Source of the DNA: Candidatus Fermentibacterota bacterium
GTDB lineage: Bacteria > Fermentibacterota > Fermentibacteria > Fermentibacterales > Fermentibacteraceae
DNA length: 26,948 bases
Direction: 5' to 3'
Assembly: GCA_022703195.1 (NCBI GenBank)
Contig: JAKLEF010000001.1
Location: 1-26,948 of the forward strand
The first letter of the stretch is position 1, and each line of letters opens with the position of its first letter. A program made the position numbers and the translations under genes. Under the pieces are notes generated by a model. That model worked only from the letters and a program-made list of their open reading frames with translations. It was not told where the DNA came from and did no database searches. Below, one piece after another: positions 6,627-13,844 of the stretch.

Positions 6627-7946
6627 CTACTCGAGGCTCGTTACGTCGACGAGCCCCTGGAGCTTCAGGAGCAGGGACTTCGACGGGTCGGCGGCTCCGC
6701 CCGTGAAGATGTCGACAATGGAAAGGACTATCCCGATCGTCACCAGGGCCATCACAATGCCCTTGCAGGCATCCTGGCCCTTCACGCCGCCGACCTGCTT
6801 GGGCTCGCGCCCCAGGTAAGCGCTGGCGGCGTAGAGCTCCTCGCCTATCAGCGTGTAGTCGCAGGTCGTGATGAAGAACGGCAGCTGGGTGATGGCGTCG
6901 GTGCCCGCGATCTGAATGGCCCCGGAGAGCGAGCCGGTCTCGGCCAGGAGGAGGGACTCTGCCCAGAACATGCCGAGGTAGAAGTTGGTGGCCGGCTTCT
7001 CGCGGGTCATGAGGCCGTTCACGGCCGCCACGTACGCGAACTGGCTGTCGGTGACGAAGAACACCGAGTTGGCCTCGTAGGAGTCGGGCCTGCCGGCCTC
7101 CATGTAGGCCTGCTTCACGGTCTCCTCGGCCACGGTATAGACGATCGGGTCGCGGTTGGGCACCCTCAGGGGGGTCTGGTACTCCGCGACCTTCTTCGCT
7201 ACGCGGTTCAGGATGGTCAGGCTCGCGATCGTAGCGACGTCCTCGATGGACGAGAGGCCCGGGACGTACAGGATGGGCTTGCCCATCTCGGTGGCGCGGC
7301 CGATGGCCTCGTCGATGGCGTCGATGCCCGGGATCGGCCTGAGGTAGAGCTCGTGGCCCATCTGCGCCCTCTTGAAGTACAGGAAGATGAGGCCGATGAA
7401 GATGATGCAGCCTATGAGGACCTTGAGCTTCTCGGTGTGGAATATCTCGCCCTTCGGCGAGAAGTTCGGCGTCACCGCCGGCCCCTCGATCTGACGGCCG
7501 TCCAGGGTGAGGACGTCGACGCGGTACTCGTACTGCGTCCCCGGCTCCACGAGGAAGTCGGGGTCGTAGCCGTCGACTATCTCGGTTGGATCGCCGGAGG
7601 GGACGTTCTTCACCACCGCCCACTGCCCGCCGAGGCTGTCGGGGGCTCCGGGCGTCCTGCGCATGACGAGGTATGCCAGGACGCACTCGGGGTTTGGCGA
7701 TTCGCAGAAGGAGAGGATCAGGTGATCGCCAGCGTCGTTGGGGAAGTCCTGGATCGTCAGCACCGTCGCGGGCCCGACCTCCGGAGGGGCCGCGACCTCA
7801 GGCTCCACGGTCGGGATGGCGGCAAGACTGTCGACGGTGACCGCCGCGGCGGCCTCGCCGGGATCCCCGGGCGAGGCCGTCTGGGCCGTGGCGGTACCGA
7901 AGGGCAGCGCCGCCACCAGGAGCAGCAGCTCGAGGTGTTTCAGCAT
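6627..7946 (-). CDS. Signal peptide + fibronectin-III-like domain + TM + DUF6754-type domain + TM
   Basis: 439 aa; N-terminal signal peptide; Fn3-like segment (QDFPNDAGDHLILSF...YLVMRR...PGTQYEYRVDV); LRPIPGIDAIDEAIGRATEMGKPI and QIAGTDAITQLPFFITTCDYTLIGEELYAASAYL match my recollection of DUF6754. Confidence 0.82.
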   Translation of the reverse strand: MLKHLELLLLVAALPFGTATAQTASPGDPGEAAAAVTVDSLAAIPTVEPEVAAPPEVGPATVLTIQDFPNDAGDHLILSFCESPNPECVLAYLVMRRTPGAPDSLGGQWAVVKNVPSGDPTEIVDGYDPDFLVEPGTQYEYRVDVLTLDGRQIEGPAVTPNFSPKGEIFHTEKLKVLIGCIIFIGLIFLYFKRAQMGHELYLRPIPGIDAIDEAIGRATEMGKPILYVPGLSSIEDVATIASLTILNRVAKKVAEYQTPLRVPNRDPIVYTVAEETVKQAYMEAGRPDSYEANSVFFVTDSQFAYVAAVNGLMTREKPATNFYLGMFWAESLLLAETGSLSGAIQIAGTDAITQLPFFITTCDYTLIGEELYAASAYLGREPKQVGGVKGQDACKGIVMALVTIGIVLSIVDIFTGGAADPSKSLLLKLQGLVDVTSLE

Positions 7947-7973
7947 AGACGCCTTTCGGTGGACTGTTGCGGA

Positions 7974-8885
7974 CTACTTGAAGTACTCGATCAATATCTT
8001 CGAGACCTCGCCGCCCACGCGCGAGGTGGCGCCCGCCGTGCCGGCGCCGATGTGCGGGGTGGCGATGAGGTTCTCGCAGGAGACGAGCGAGAGGTCCTCG
8101 GGGGGCTCCTTCTCGAAAACGTCCGTGCCGGCCGCGAAGACCTTCCCGGATTTGAGAGCCTCGCCGAGCGCGACCTCGTCCACGGTGCCGCCCCTGGCGC
8201 AGTTTACCAGCACGACACCCTCCTTCATCATGTCGAACTGCTTCTTCGAGATGATGTGCCTGGTCTCGGGGGACATGGGGATGTGCAGACTGATGAAGTC
8301 GGCCTCGCGGCAGAGCGTGTCGAGGTCGACCTTCCTGGCATCGAGCGATCCGGCGTCGGTGACGAAGGGATCGTAGAAGACCACGTTCATCTCGAATGCG
8401 AGCGCCCTCTTCGCCACTTCGCGGGCTATCCTGCCGAAGCCGACGAGGCCGAGGGTGGAGTGCCACAGCTCGATGCCCTTGCTGAAGGCCTTCTTCTCCC
8501 ACTTCCCGTCCTTGCAGGTGCGGTCGGCGCGGGAGATGAACCTGCAGCACGCGAGCATCTGGGCCATGGCGAGCTCTGCGACGGCCACGGAGCTGGCGCC
8601 GGGGGTGTTCATGACCTTCACACCGAATTCCTTCGCTGCCTCGGCGTCGATGTTGTCCATGCCCACGCCGCCCCTGACGACGAGCTTCAGCGTGCCGGCG
8701 GCCTTCTCGAGCACGGGCCTGGTCACCTTGGTGGCGCTGCGGACGACCATTGCGTCGAAACCCGGGATTGTCGCGACGAGCTCGTCGGGCGTCATGCCCG
8801 GCTTCTCCACCACTTCGTGACCCGCAGCCCTTATTTCGGCTACGGCATCCGGGGAGATGGGGTCACAGACGAGAATCCTGGCCAT
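7974..8885 (-). CDS. serA: D-3-phosphoglycerate dehydrogenase / D-2-hydroxyacid dehydrogenase, short form without ACT domain
   Basis: 303 aa from ATG 8885 (RBS AGGAGG); VRSATKVT, GVGMDNID, NAD-binding GLVGFGRIA, NCARGG, DVFEKEP, TPHIGA. Substrate not certain. Confidence 0.85.
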   Translation of the reverse strand: MARILVCDPISPDAVAEIRAAGHEVVEKPGMTPDELVATIPGFDAMVVRSATKVTRPVLEKAAGTLKLVVRGGVGMDNIDAEAAKEFGVKVMNTPGASSVAVAELAMAQMLACCRFISRADRTCKDGKWEKKAFSKGIELWHSTLGLVGFGRIAREVAKRALAFEMNVVFYDPFVTDAGSLDARKVDLDTLCREADFISLHIPMSPETRHIISKKQFDMMKEGVVLVNCARGGTVDEVALGEALKSGKVFAAGTDVFEKEPPEDLSLVSCENLIATPHIGAGTAGATSRVGGEVSKILIEYFK

Positions 8886-8927
8886 TTCAATCCTCCTGGC
8901 TGGGTCCACGGACTGCAAATGCGCATC

Positions 8928-8956
8928 AACCTATCCACGGGCGCCGTGAAAGTCAA
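8928..8956 (-). promoter_or_regulatory. Putative sigma70-type promoter for the serA-DUF6754 operon
   Basis: TTGACT (8956-8951) - 17 nt - TAGGTT (8933-8928), overlapping the transketolase stop codon, 42 nt before ATG 8885. Confidence 0.6.
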
Positions 8957-9894
8957 CGAGACGCCCTCGAAACCGCCCTGACGGCCGCGGATGCGACTCC
9001 CTCCGCCGTGAGGCCGAAGCGGGCGAATAGCTCCTCCGGCGATCCGCTCTCGCCGAAGCTGTCAGGCACTCCCACGGGCTCGACCGGCACCGGGCAGCGC
9101 AGGGCCATGAGCTCGGACACCGCTCCGAACAGCCCGCCCGCCTCCTGGTGATCCATGGCGGTCACGGCGCACCCGCAGCGGGAGGCCAGCTCGACCAGCA
9201 GATCGGCGGCCAGGGGCTTGATCGAGTACGCGTTGACGACCGCGGCCGAGATCCCCGAAGCCTGGAGCATCGAGGCAGCATCGAGGCAGATCCCGACCAT
9301 GGCCCCCGCCGCTGCCAGGAGCACGTCGGATCCCTCCCTGAGAACGTCGGCCCCGCCGGGCACGACCCTGCATCCCTCGGGGCAGATCTCGGGAACGGGG
9401 TTCCTGCCGAACCTCACATAGAATGGCCCCTCCGTCTCCGCGGCCGTGATGGCGGCAGCCCTGGTCTGGTTAGAGTCGGCGGGCACGAGGACGGTCATCC
9501 TGGGCAGGACACGCATGACCGCCACGTCCTCCAGGGCCTGGTGGGTGGCCCCGTCGGGGCCCGCGCTCAGGCCGGCATGGGCTCCCCCGATCTTCACGCC
9601 GAGGCCCATGTGGCATACGCTCGTGCGGATCTGCTCCCAGGCCCGGCCCGCGCAGAACACGGCGTAGCTCTGCACGAAGGGCACGAAACCGGCCAGGGCC
9701 AGGCCCGCCGCCTCGGAGATCATCTCCTGCTCGCTCACGCCCACGTTGAAGTGCCGGGCCGGGAACCTGTCGGCGAATCTCTCGCCGCCTATGGACCGCG
9801 ACACGTCGGCGTCGAGGAGGACGATTCTGTCGTCCCTGCCGGCGGCCTCGAGAAGGCCCTCGATCCAGCCCTCGCGTGTCGGTTTCAACTTCAC
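8953..9894 (-). CDS. tkt: Transketolase, C-terminal subunit (pyrimidine-binding + C domain)
   Basis: 313 aa; LDAD, FNVGVSEQEM, HAGLSAGPDGATHQALED, YVRFGR; GTG start with GGAG upstream. Confidence 0.92.
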   Translation of the reverse strand: MKLKPTREGWIEGLLEAAGRDDRIVLLDADVSRSIGGERFADRFPARHFNVGVSEQEMISEAAGLALAGFVPFVQSYAVFCAGRAWEQIRTSVCHMGLGVKIGGAHAGLSAGPDGATHQALEDVAVMRVLPRMTVLVPADSNQTRAAAITAAETEGPFYVRFGRNPVPEICPEGCRVVPGGADVLREGSDVLLAAAGAMVGICLDAASMLQASGISAAVVNAYSIKPLAADLLVELASRCGCAVTAMDHQEAGGLFGAVSELMALRCPVPVEPVGVPDSFGESGSPEELFARFGLTAEGVASAAVRAVSRASR

Positions 9895-9992
9895 GATCCC
9901 GCTCCGATCCCCCCGGCCGTCTCCACCGACTCGGAGAATCTCACATACGTGCCCTCCCTCGTCGGTTTCATCTTCATGGTCCGGCTCCGATC
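9868..9992 (-). repeat. Imperfect 42-bp direct repeat (period 83 bp) of the tktN/tktC junction
   Basis: 9992-9951 GATCGGAGCCGGACCATGAAGATGAAACCGACGAGGGAGGGC vs 9909-9868 GATCGGAGCGGGATCGTGAAGTTGAAACCGACACGCGAGGGC, 35/42 identical. Confidence 0.85.
9891..9977 (-). CDS. 28-aa relay mini-ORF created by a duplicated transketolase junction
   Basis: MKMKPTREGTYVRFSESVETAGGIGAGS; its ATG overlaps the N-subunit stop (ATGA, 9977-9974) and its TGA overlaps the C-subunit start (GTGA, 9894-9891). Confidence 0.5.
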   Translation of the reverse strand: MKMKPTREGTYVRFSESVETAGGIGAGS

Positions 9993-10771
9993 TCCGCCCG
10001 GGCCCTCTCGAGCTCGGAGGCGTCAGGGCACCTGCCGTGCCACGCGCAGCTCCCCTCCATGAACGACACGCCCCTGCCCTTCACCGTCCGGGCGCACAGC
10101 GCGACGGGCATGGAGACCGACCTGGCCTCGCGGAAGGCTTCCTCGAGCGATTCGAACGAGTGGCCGTCGAGTTCGATGGCATGCCAGCCCCAGGCATGCC
10201 ATCTCTCCGATGCGGGCTTCTGCCGCTTGATCGAGTCGACCGGGCCGTCGAGCTGGACTCCGTTGCAGTCGACGATGGCGACGATGTTCCCGAGCACGGC
10301 GTGCGCCGCCCCGGCAGCGGCCTCCCAGACCGCGCCCTCCTGCAGCTCGCCGTCGCCGAGCAGGCAGTACACCCTTGCGGAGGAGCCCGAGAGCCTGAGG
10401 CCGCGCGCGAGCCCCACGGCCGCGGCGAAGCCCTGCCCGAGGCTCCCCGTTGAGGAGTCCAGCCCCGGGAGCCGGTGCATGTCGGGATGGCCCTGCAGCC
10501 TGGAGCCGAGGCGCCTGAGGGAGGAGAGCTCGCCCCGGGGCAGCATCCCCCGGGCGGCCATGACGGCGTAGAGCGCGGGCGCGGCATGGCCCTTCGAGAG
10601 GATGAACCTGTCGCGGCCGGCCCCGGCCCTCATCTCGCGGAAGAAGAGGTGGACGAGTATCTCCACGGCCGAGAGCGACCCGCCGGGATGGCCGGACCCC
10701 GCCGCGTGGATCATCTCGAGCACGTCGAGCCTGATCCGGGCAGCGAGGTCCGGAAGATCAGGAATCTCCAC
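9974..10771 (-). CDS. tkt: Transketolase, N-terminal (TPP-binding) subunit
   Basis: 265 aa; GSGHPGGSLS, DRFILSKGH, LQGHP, STGSLGQG, TPP motif GDGELQEG...DCN, TVKGRG. Confidence 0.93.
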   Translation of the reverse strand: MEIPDLPDLAARIRLDVLEMIHAAGSGHPGGSLSAVEILVHLFFREMRAGAGRDRFILSKGHAAPALYAVMAARGMLPRGELSSLRRLGSRLQGHPDMHRLPGLDSSTGSLGQGFAAAVGLARGLRLSGSSARVYCLLGDGELQEGAVWEAAAGAAHAVLGNIVAIVDCNGVQLDGPVDSIKRQKPASERWHAWGWHAIELDGHSFESLEEAFREARSVSMPVALCARTVKGRGVSFMEGSCAWHGRCPDASELERARAEIGAGP

Positions 10772-12935
10772 CCGGGAAACCGCCCTTCTCCCTTACTATC
10801 GTTATGGGAACATAACCCGTTAGGAGCACCTTGGGTTCGTCCATGCCGAAGTCCACCGTGAGCTGCCACTCCCCCCCGCGCCTGGCGGCCTTCACGACCA
10901 GGCCGAGGCCGTATCTGGGGTGATGGATCACGTTCCCCTTCGCATAGGTGACGATCGCGGGCGCCGCCTGCACCTCCGCGAAGGCTCCGGGCGCCCCGGC
11001 TGCGTCCCGTCCGCCGCCCGTCCCCGAATCCTGCGATCCCTCGAGCGAGAGTTCGCCGAGGAACCTGGAGGGCCCGCCCGCGCTCACCCCGGGCCTGGCC
11101 CTGTGCTGGGCCCACGTCAGGCACAGCCTTTCCATCGCGCGGGTCATGCCGACGTACAGCAGCCGCCTCTCCTCCTCCAGATCGTCCGGCCCGAACCTCC
11201 CGGCCCTTATGAAGGGAAGGAGCCCCTCCTCGACGCCGGCGACGAAGACCGTGCCGAACTCGAGCCCCTTGGCGCAGTGGAGGGTCATCAGGGAGAGCCT
11301 GTCCGAGCCGCTGTCGTAGGAATCGGAAGTGGTCATGAGGCTTATGGATGTGAGGAAGCCGGGCAGCCCGGCCCCGGGATGCAGCGTGTCGTACTCGGCG
11401 GCGGAGCGCCTGAACTCGTTGATGTTCTCGAGCCTGGACGAGCCTTCGACGCTGGACGGATCGAGGGCCTCCAGCATGCCGGACCCGGCGGCCACCGCGT
11501 CGACGACTTCGGAGGCCGGGGCTCCGTCCGCGACGAGGGAGGATGCGCCGGCTAGGAACGAGCCTAGGTTCGCGAGCGACGCCGCGGCGGCCCTGGGGAG
11601 GCCCGGGATCCTGTCGGCCCGCTTCATGAGTTCGTGCGGAGGGCCGCCCGTGGAGGAGAGGTGGGTGAAGAACAGGTCCCTGCTCCTGTCGCCAATCCCC
11701 CTGGCGGGCTTGTTGACGACCCTCGACAGGCTCACGGCGTCGCCCGGGTTGGCGAGCACCCTGAGCCACGCCACGATGTCCTTTATCTCCTCGCGCTCGT
11801 AGAACCTGAGCGAGCCGACGACCTGGTACGGTATGCCCGACAGCAGCGCCGCGCTCTCGAAGGCCCTGGACTGGGCGTTCGTCCGGTACAGCACCGCGAT
11901 GTCGCCCGGCCTCACGCCGCGCGTGCCGAGGTCGGAAACCTCGCGCAGGATCCAGGCGGCCTCGTCCTCGGGGTTGCGCAGGCTCGCGACGGTGACCCGC
12001 TCACCCTCGGGGCGCTCCGTCCAGAGCACCTTGCCGTGCCTCCCCCTGTTGAAGGACACGAGGGACGAGGCGGCCCTGAGGATGGCGGGGGTGGACCTGT
12101 AGTTCCTCTCCAGCCTGATGATCCTTGTCCCGGGGAAGTCGTCGGGGAAGTCGAGGATGTTCGAGACCCTCGCCCCCCTCCACCCGTAGATGGCCTGATC
12201 GTCGTCACCCACCGCGCAGACCATGCTCCCGGGGCCGCCCAGGCTCCGCAGTATCTCCCGCTGCACCAGGTTGGTATCCTGGTACTCGTCGACGAGGATG
12301 TGCCCGAACATGCCCGAGTACCGCCTGCCCGCGTCGGCATCTTGACGGATGAATCCGAGGACCACCGTCAACAAGTCGTCGAAGTCGAACGCCCCGTTCC
12401 TCCGGAGCGCCCCGTCATAGGCGGTGTAGATGAGCGCTATCTCGCGCTCCATGTCGTTCCCCGCCTCCTCGACCGCCGTGGCGGGAGTGGTTATCGAGTT
12501 CTTCCACTTCGATATCCACGACTGGGCCGCCCCCGGGGTCACCCTGGCCTCCACCGGGGATCCCTTCAGCAGGCTGCGCAGCAGCGACTTCTGATCGTCG
12601 GAGTCGTAGATCGAGAAGTTCTCGGGCCATCCCCCGGCCGAGGCCTCGCGCCTGAGGATCCACGCGCAGACGGAGTGGAAGGTGCCCATCCTGACCTTCG
12701 GCGCATCCGACGGGGAGAGCTTCGCCACGCGCTCGGTCATCTCCCCGGCGGCCTTGTTTGTGAAGGTGACGGCCAGTATCCTCCTGGGCTCCACCACGCG
12801 GGCATCGAGGAGATGGGCGATCCTGCACGTCAGGACGCGCGTCTTGCCGCTGCCGGCGCCGGCGAGCACGAGCAGGTGCCCTCCGAGATAGCCGACGGCT
12901 TCGGCCTGTTCGGGGTTCAGTCCGGTTCCGTGCAT
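10758..12935 (-). CDS. uvrD: ATP-dependent DNA helicase UvrD/PcrA
   Basis: 725 aa; LNPEQ, Walker A AGAGSGKT, TFTNKAA, VDEYQDTN, VGDDDQAIYGWRG, LERNYRS, YRTNAQSR, TLHCAKGLEF, EERRLLYVGMTRA, C-terminal Tudor-like domain (HPRYGLG). Confidence 0.96.
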   Translation of the reverse strand: MHGTGLNPEQAEAVGYLGGHLLVLAGAGSGKTRVLTCRIAHLLDARVVEPRRILAVTFTNKAAGEMTERVAKLSPSDAPKVRMGTFHSVCAWILRREASAGGWPENFSIYDSDDQKSLLRSLLKGSPVEARVTPGAAQSWISKWKNSITTPATAVEEAGNDMEREIALIYTAYDGALRRNGAFDFDDLLTVVLGFIRQDADAGRRYSGMFGHILVDEYQDTNLVQREILRSLGGPGSMVCAVGDDDQAIYGWRGARVSNILDFPDDFPGTRIIRLERNYRSTPAILRAASSLVSFNRGRHGKVLWTERPEGERVTVASLRNPEDEAAWILREVSDLGTRGVRPGDIAVLYRTNAQSRAFESAALLSGIPYQVVGSLRFYEREEIKDIVAWLRVLANPGDAVSLSRVVNKPARGIGDRSRDLFFTHLSSTGGPPHELMKRADRIPGLPRAAAASLANLGSFLAGASSLVADGAPASEVVDAVAAGSGMLEALDPSSVEGSSRLENINEFRRSAAEYDTLHPGAGLPGFLTSISLMTTSDSYDSGSDRLSLMTLHCAKGLEFGTVFVAGVEEGLLPFIRAGRFGPDDLEEERRLLYVGMTRAMERLCLTWAQHRARPGVSAGGPSRFLGELSLEGSQDSGTGGGRDAAGAPGAFAEVQAAPAIVTYAKGNVIHHPRYGLGLVVKAARRGGEWQLTVDFGMDEPKVLLTGYVPITIVREKGGFPGGDS

Positions 12936-13022
12936 GTCGGGGCTCCGGCTGGCAAGTAAGTTGCTTCCCTATGTGGCATGAACACTTCCAACAGGAGATC
13001 CGGATTCAGGGGAGCCGAGGCC

Positions 13023-13112
13023 ATGAGGCCCGGCCTCGTGAGCTGGATCATACTGTTCCTCGGTTGCCTGCTGGTTCCGGCGTTATTCCTTCTCACGCGG
13101 ATGCCGGTCTGA
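13023..13112 (+). CDS. Putative 29-aa single-pass membrane microprotein
   Basis: MRPGLVSWIILFLGCLLVPALFLLTRMPV; AGGGGAG (13008-13014) 8 nt before ATG; below the length cutoff of the ORF track. Confidence 0.4.
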   Translation: MRPGLVSWIILFLGCLLVPALFLLTRMPV

Positions 13113-13844
13113 CCCCTCCAGGGCCGTCTCCGCAGAGCAGGAATCGGAACCAGAACCCTCGGCGGGCGGCTGGACGACCCCACCAGCCGCCCGCAACCTC
13201 ATCTCACCCATTATCCGAACGCTGCGGCTGAGACCCAGCCTGTCGGCTCCGGCCCCTATCATCGCGAGCGCGGCGTCCAGGTCGGCTATGCCGCCCGAGG
13301 CCTTCACGCGCAGCCTGTTCCCCACCGCCCGCCTGATCAGCCTCACGTCGCCGACAGTGGCGCCCCCGCTCGAGAAGCCGGTCGAGGTCTTCACGAACGA
13401 GGCGCCTCCGGCCTCGCAGACGGAGCACGCCGCGAGCTTCTCCGGATCCGTGAGCAGGCAGGTCTCGATGATCACCTTGACGGGCATGCCCGATGCGGCC
13501 CCGACCACGCGCGCGACGTCGGCCTCGGCCGCGGAGGCGTCCCCGTCCCTCAGGGCCCCGATGTCCAGCACCATGTCTATCTCGCCCGCGCCGTCGGAGA
13601 CGGCGAGGGAGGTCTCGACGGGCTTCGACCTGCAGGCTCCGAGGGGGAAGCCGACCACGGAGCAGACCAGCACCCCGGTGCCCCTGAGCAGGGATGAAGC
13701 CAGCGCGACTCTGGAGGGGTTCACGCAGACGGTATGGAAGCGGTTCTCCGCAGCTTCGGCGCAGAGCGCGCCGATGTCGGCCGAGGTCGCCCCGGGCGAG
13801 AGCAGGGTGTGATCGATCATGCCCGCCAGGCAGGCGGGCGTCAT
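13083..13844 (-). CDS. deoC: Deoxyribose-phosphate aldolase
   Basis: IDHTLL, VCVNP, VGFPLG, GAGEIDMV, KVIIET, Schiff-base lysine FVKTSTGF, VKASGGI. Start ATG 13844 (ATGA overlap with upstream stop) or 13850; long low-complexity tail. Confidence 0.93.
   Translation of the reverse strand: MTPACLAGMIDHTLLSPGATSADIGALCAEAAENRFHTVCVNPSRVALASSLLRGTGVLVCSVVGFPLGACRSKPVETSLAVSDGAGEIDMVLDIGALRDGDASAAEADVARVVGAASGMPVKVIIETCLLTDPEKLAACSVCEAGGASFVKTSTGFSSGGATVGDVRLIRRAVGNRLRVKASGGIADLDAALAMIGAGADRLGLSRSVRIMGEMRLRAAGGVVQPPAEGSGSDSCSAETALEGSDRHPREKE

Noticed and set aside
4250-8981. Long plus-strand ORFs 4250-6706 (818 aa) and 6540-8981 (813 aa)
   Set aside because: Antisense shadows of real minus-strand genes in high-GC DNA; no recognisable motifs.
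12971-13231. 86-aa plus-strand ORF and 88-aa minus-strand ORF (12917-13183) in the uvrD-deoC gap
   Set aside because: No motifs or coding-like composition; the 29-aa hydrophobic ORF at 13023-13112 has the better RBS and a coherent sequence.
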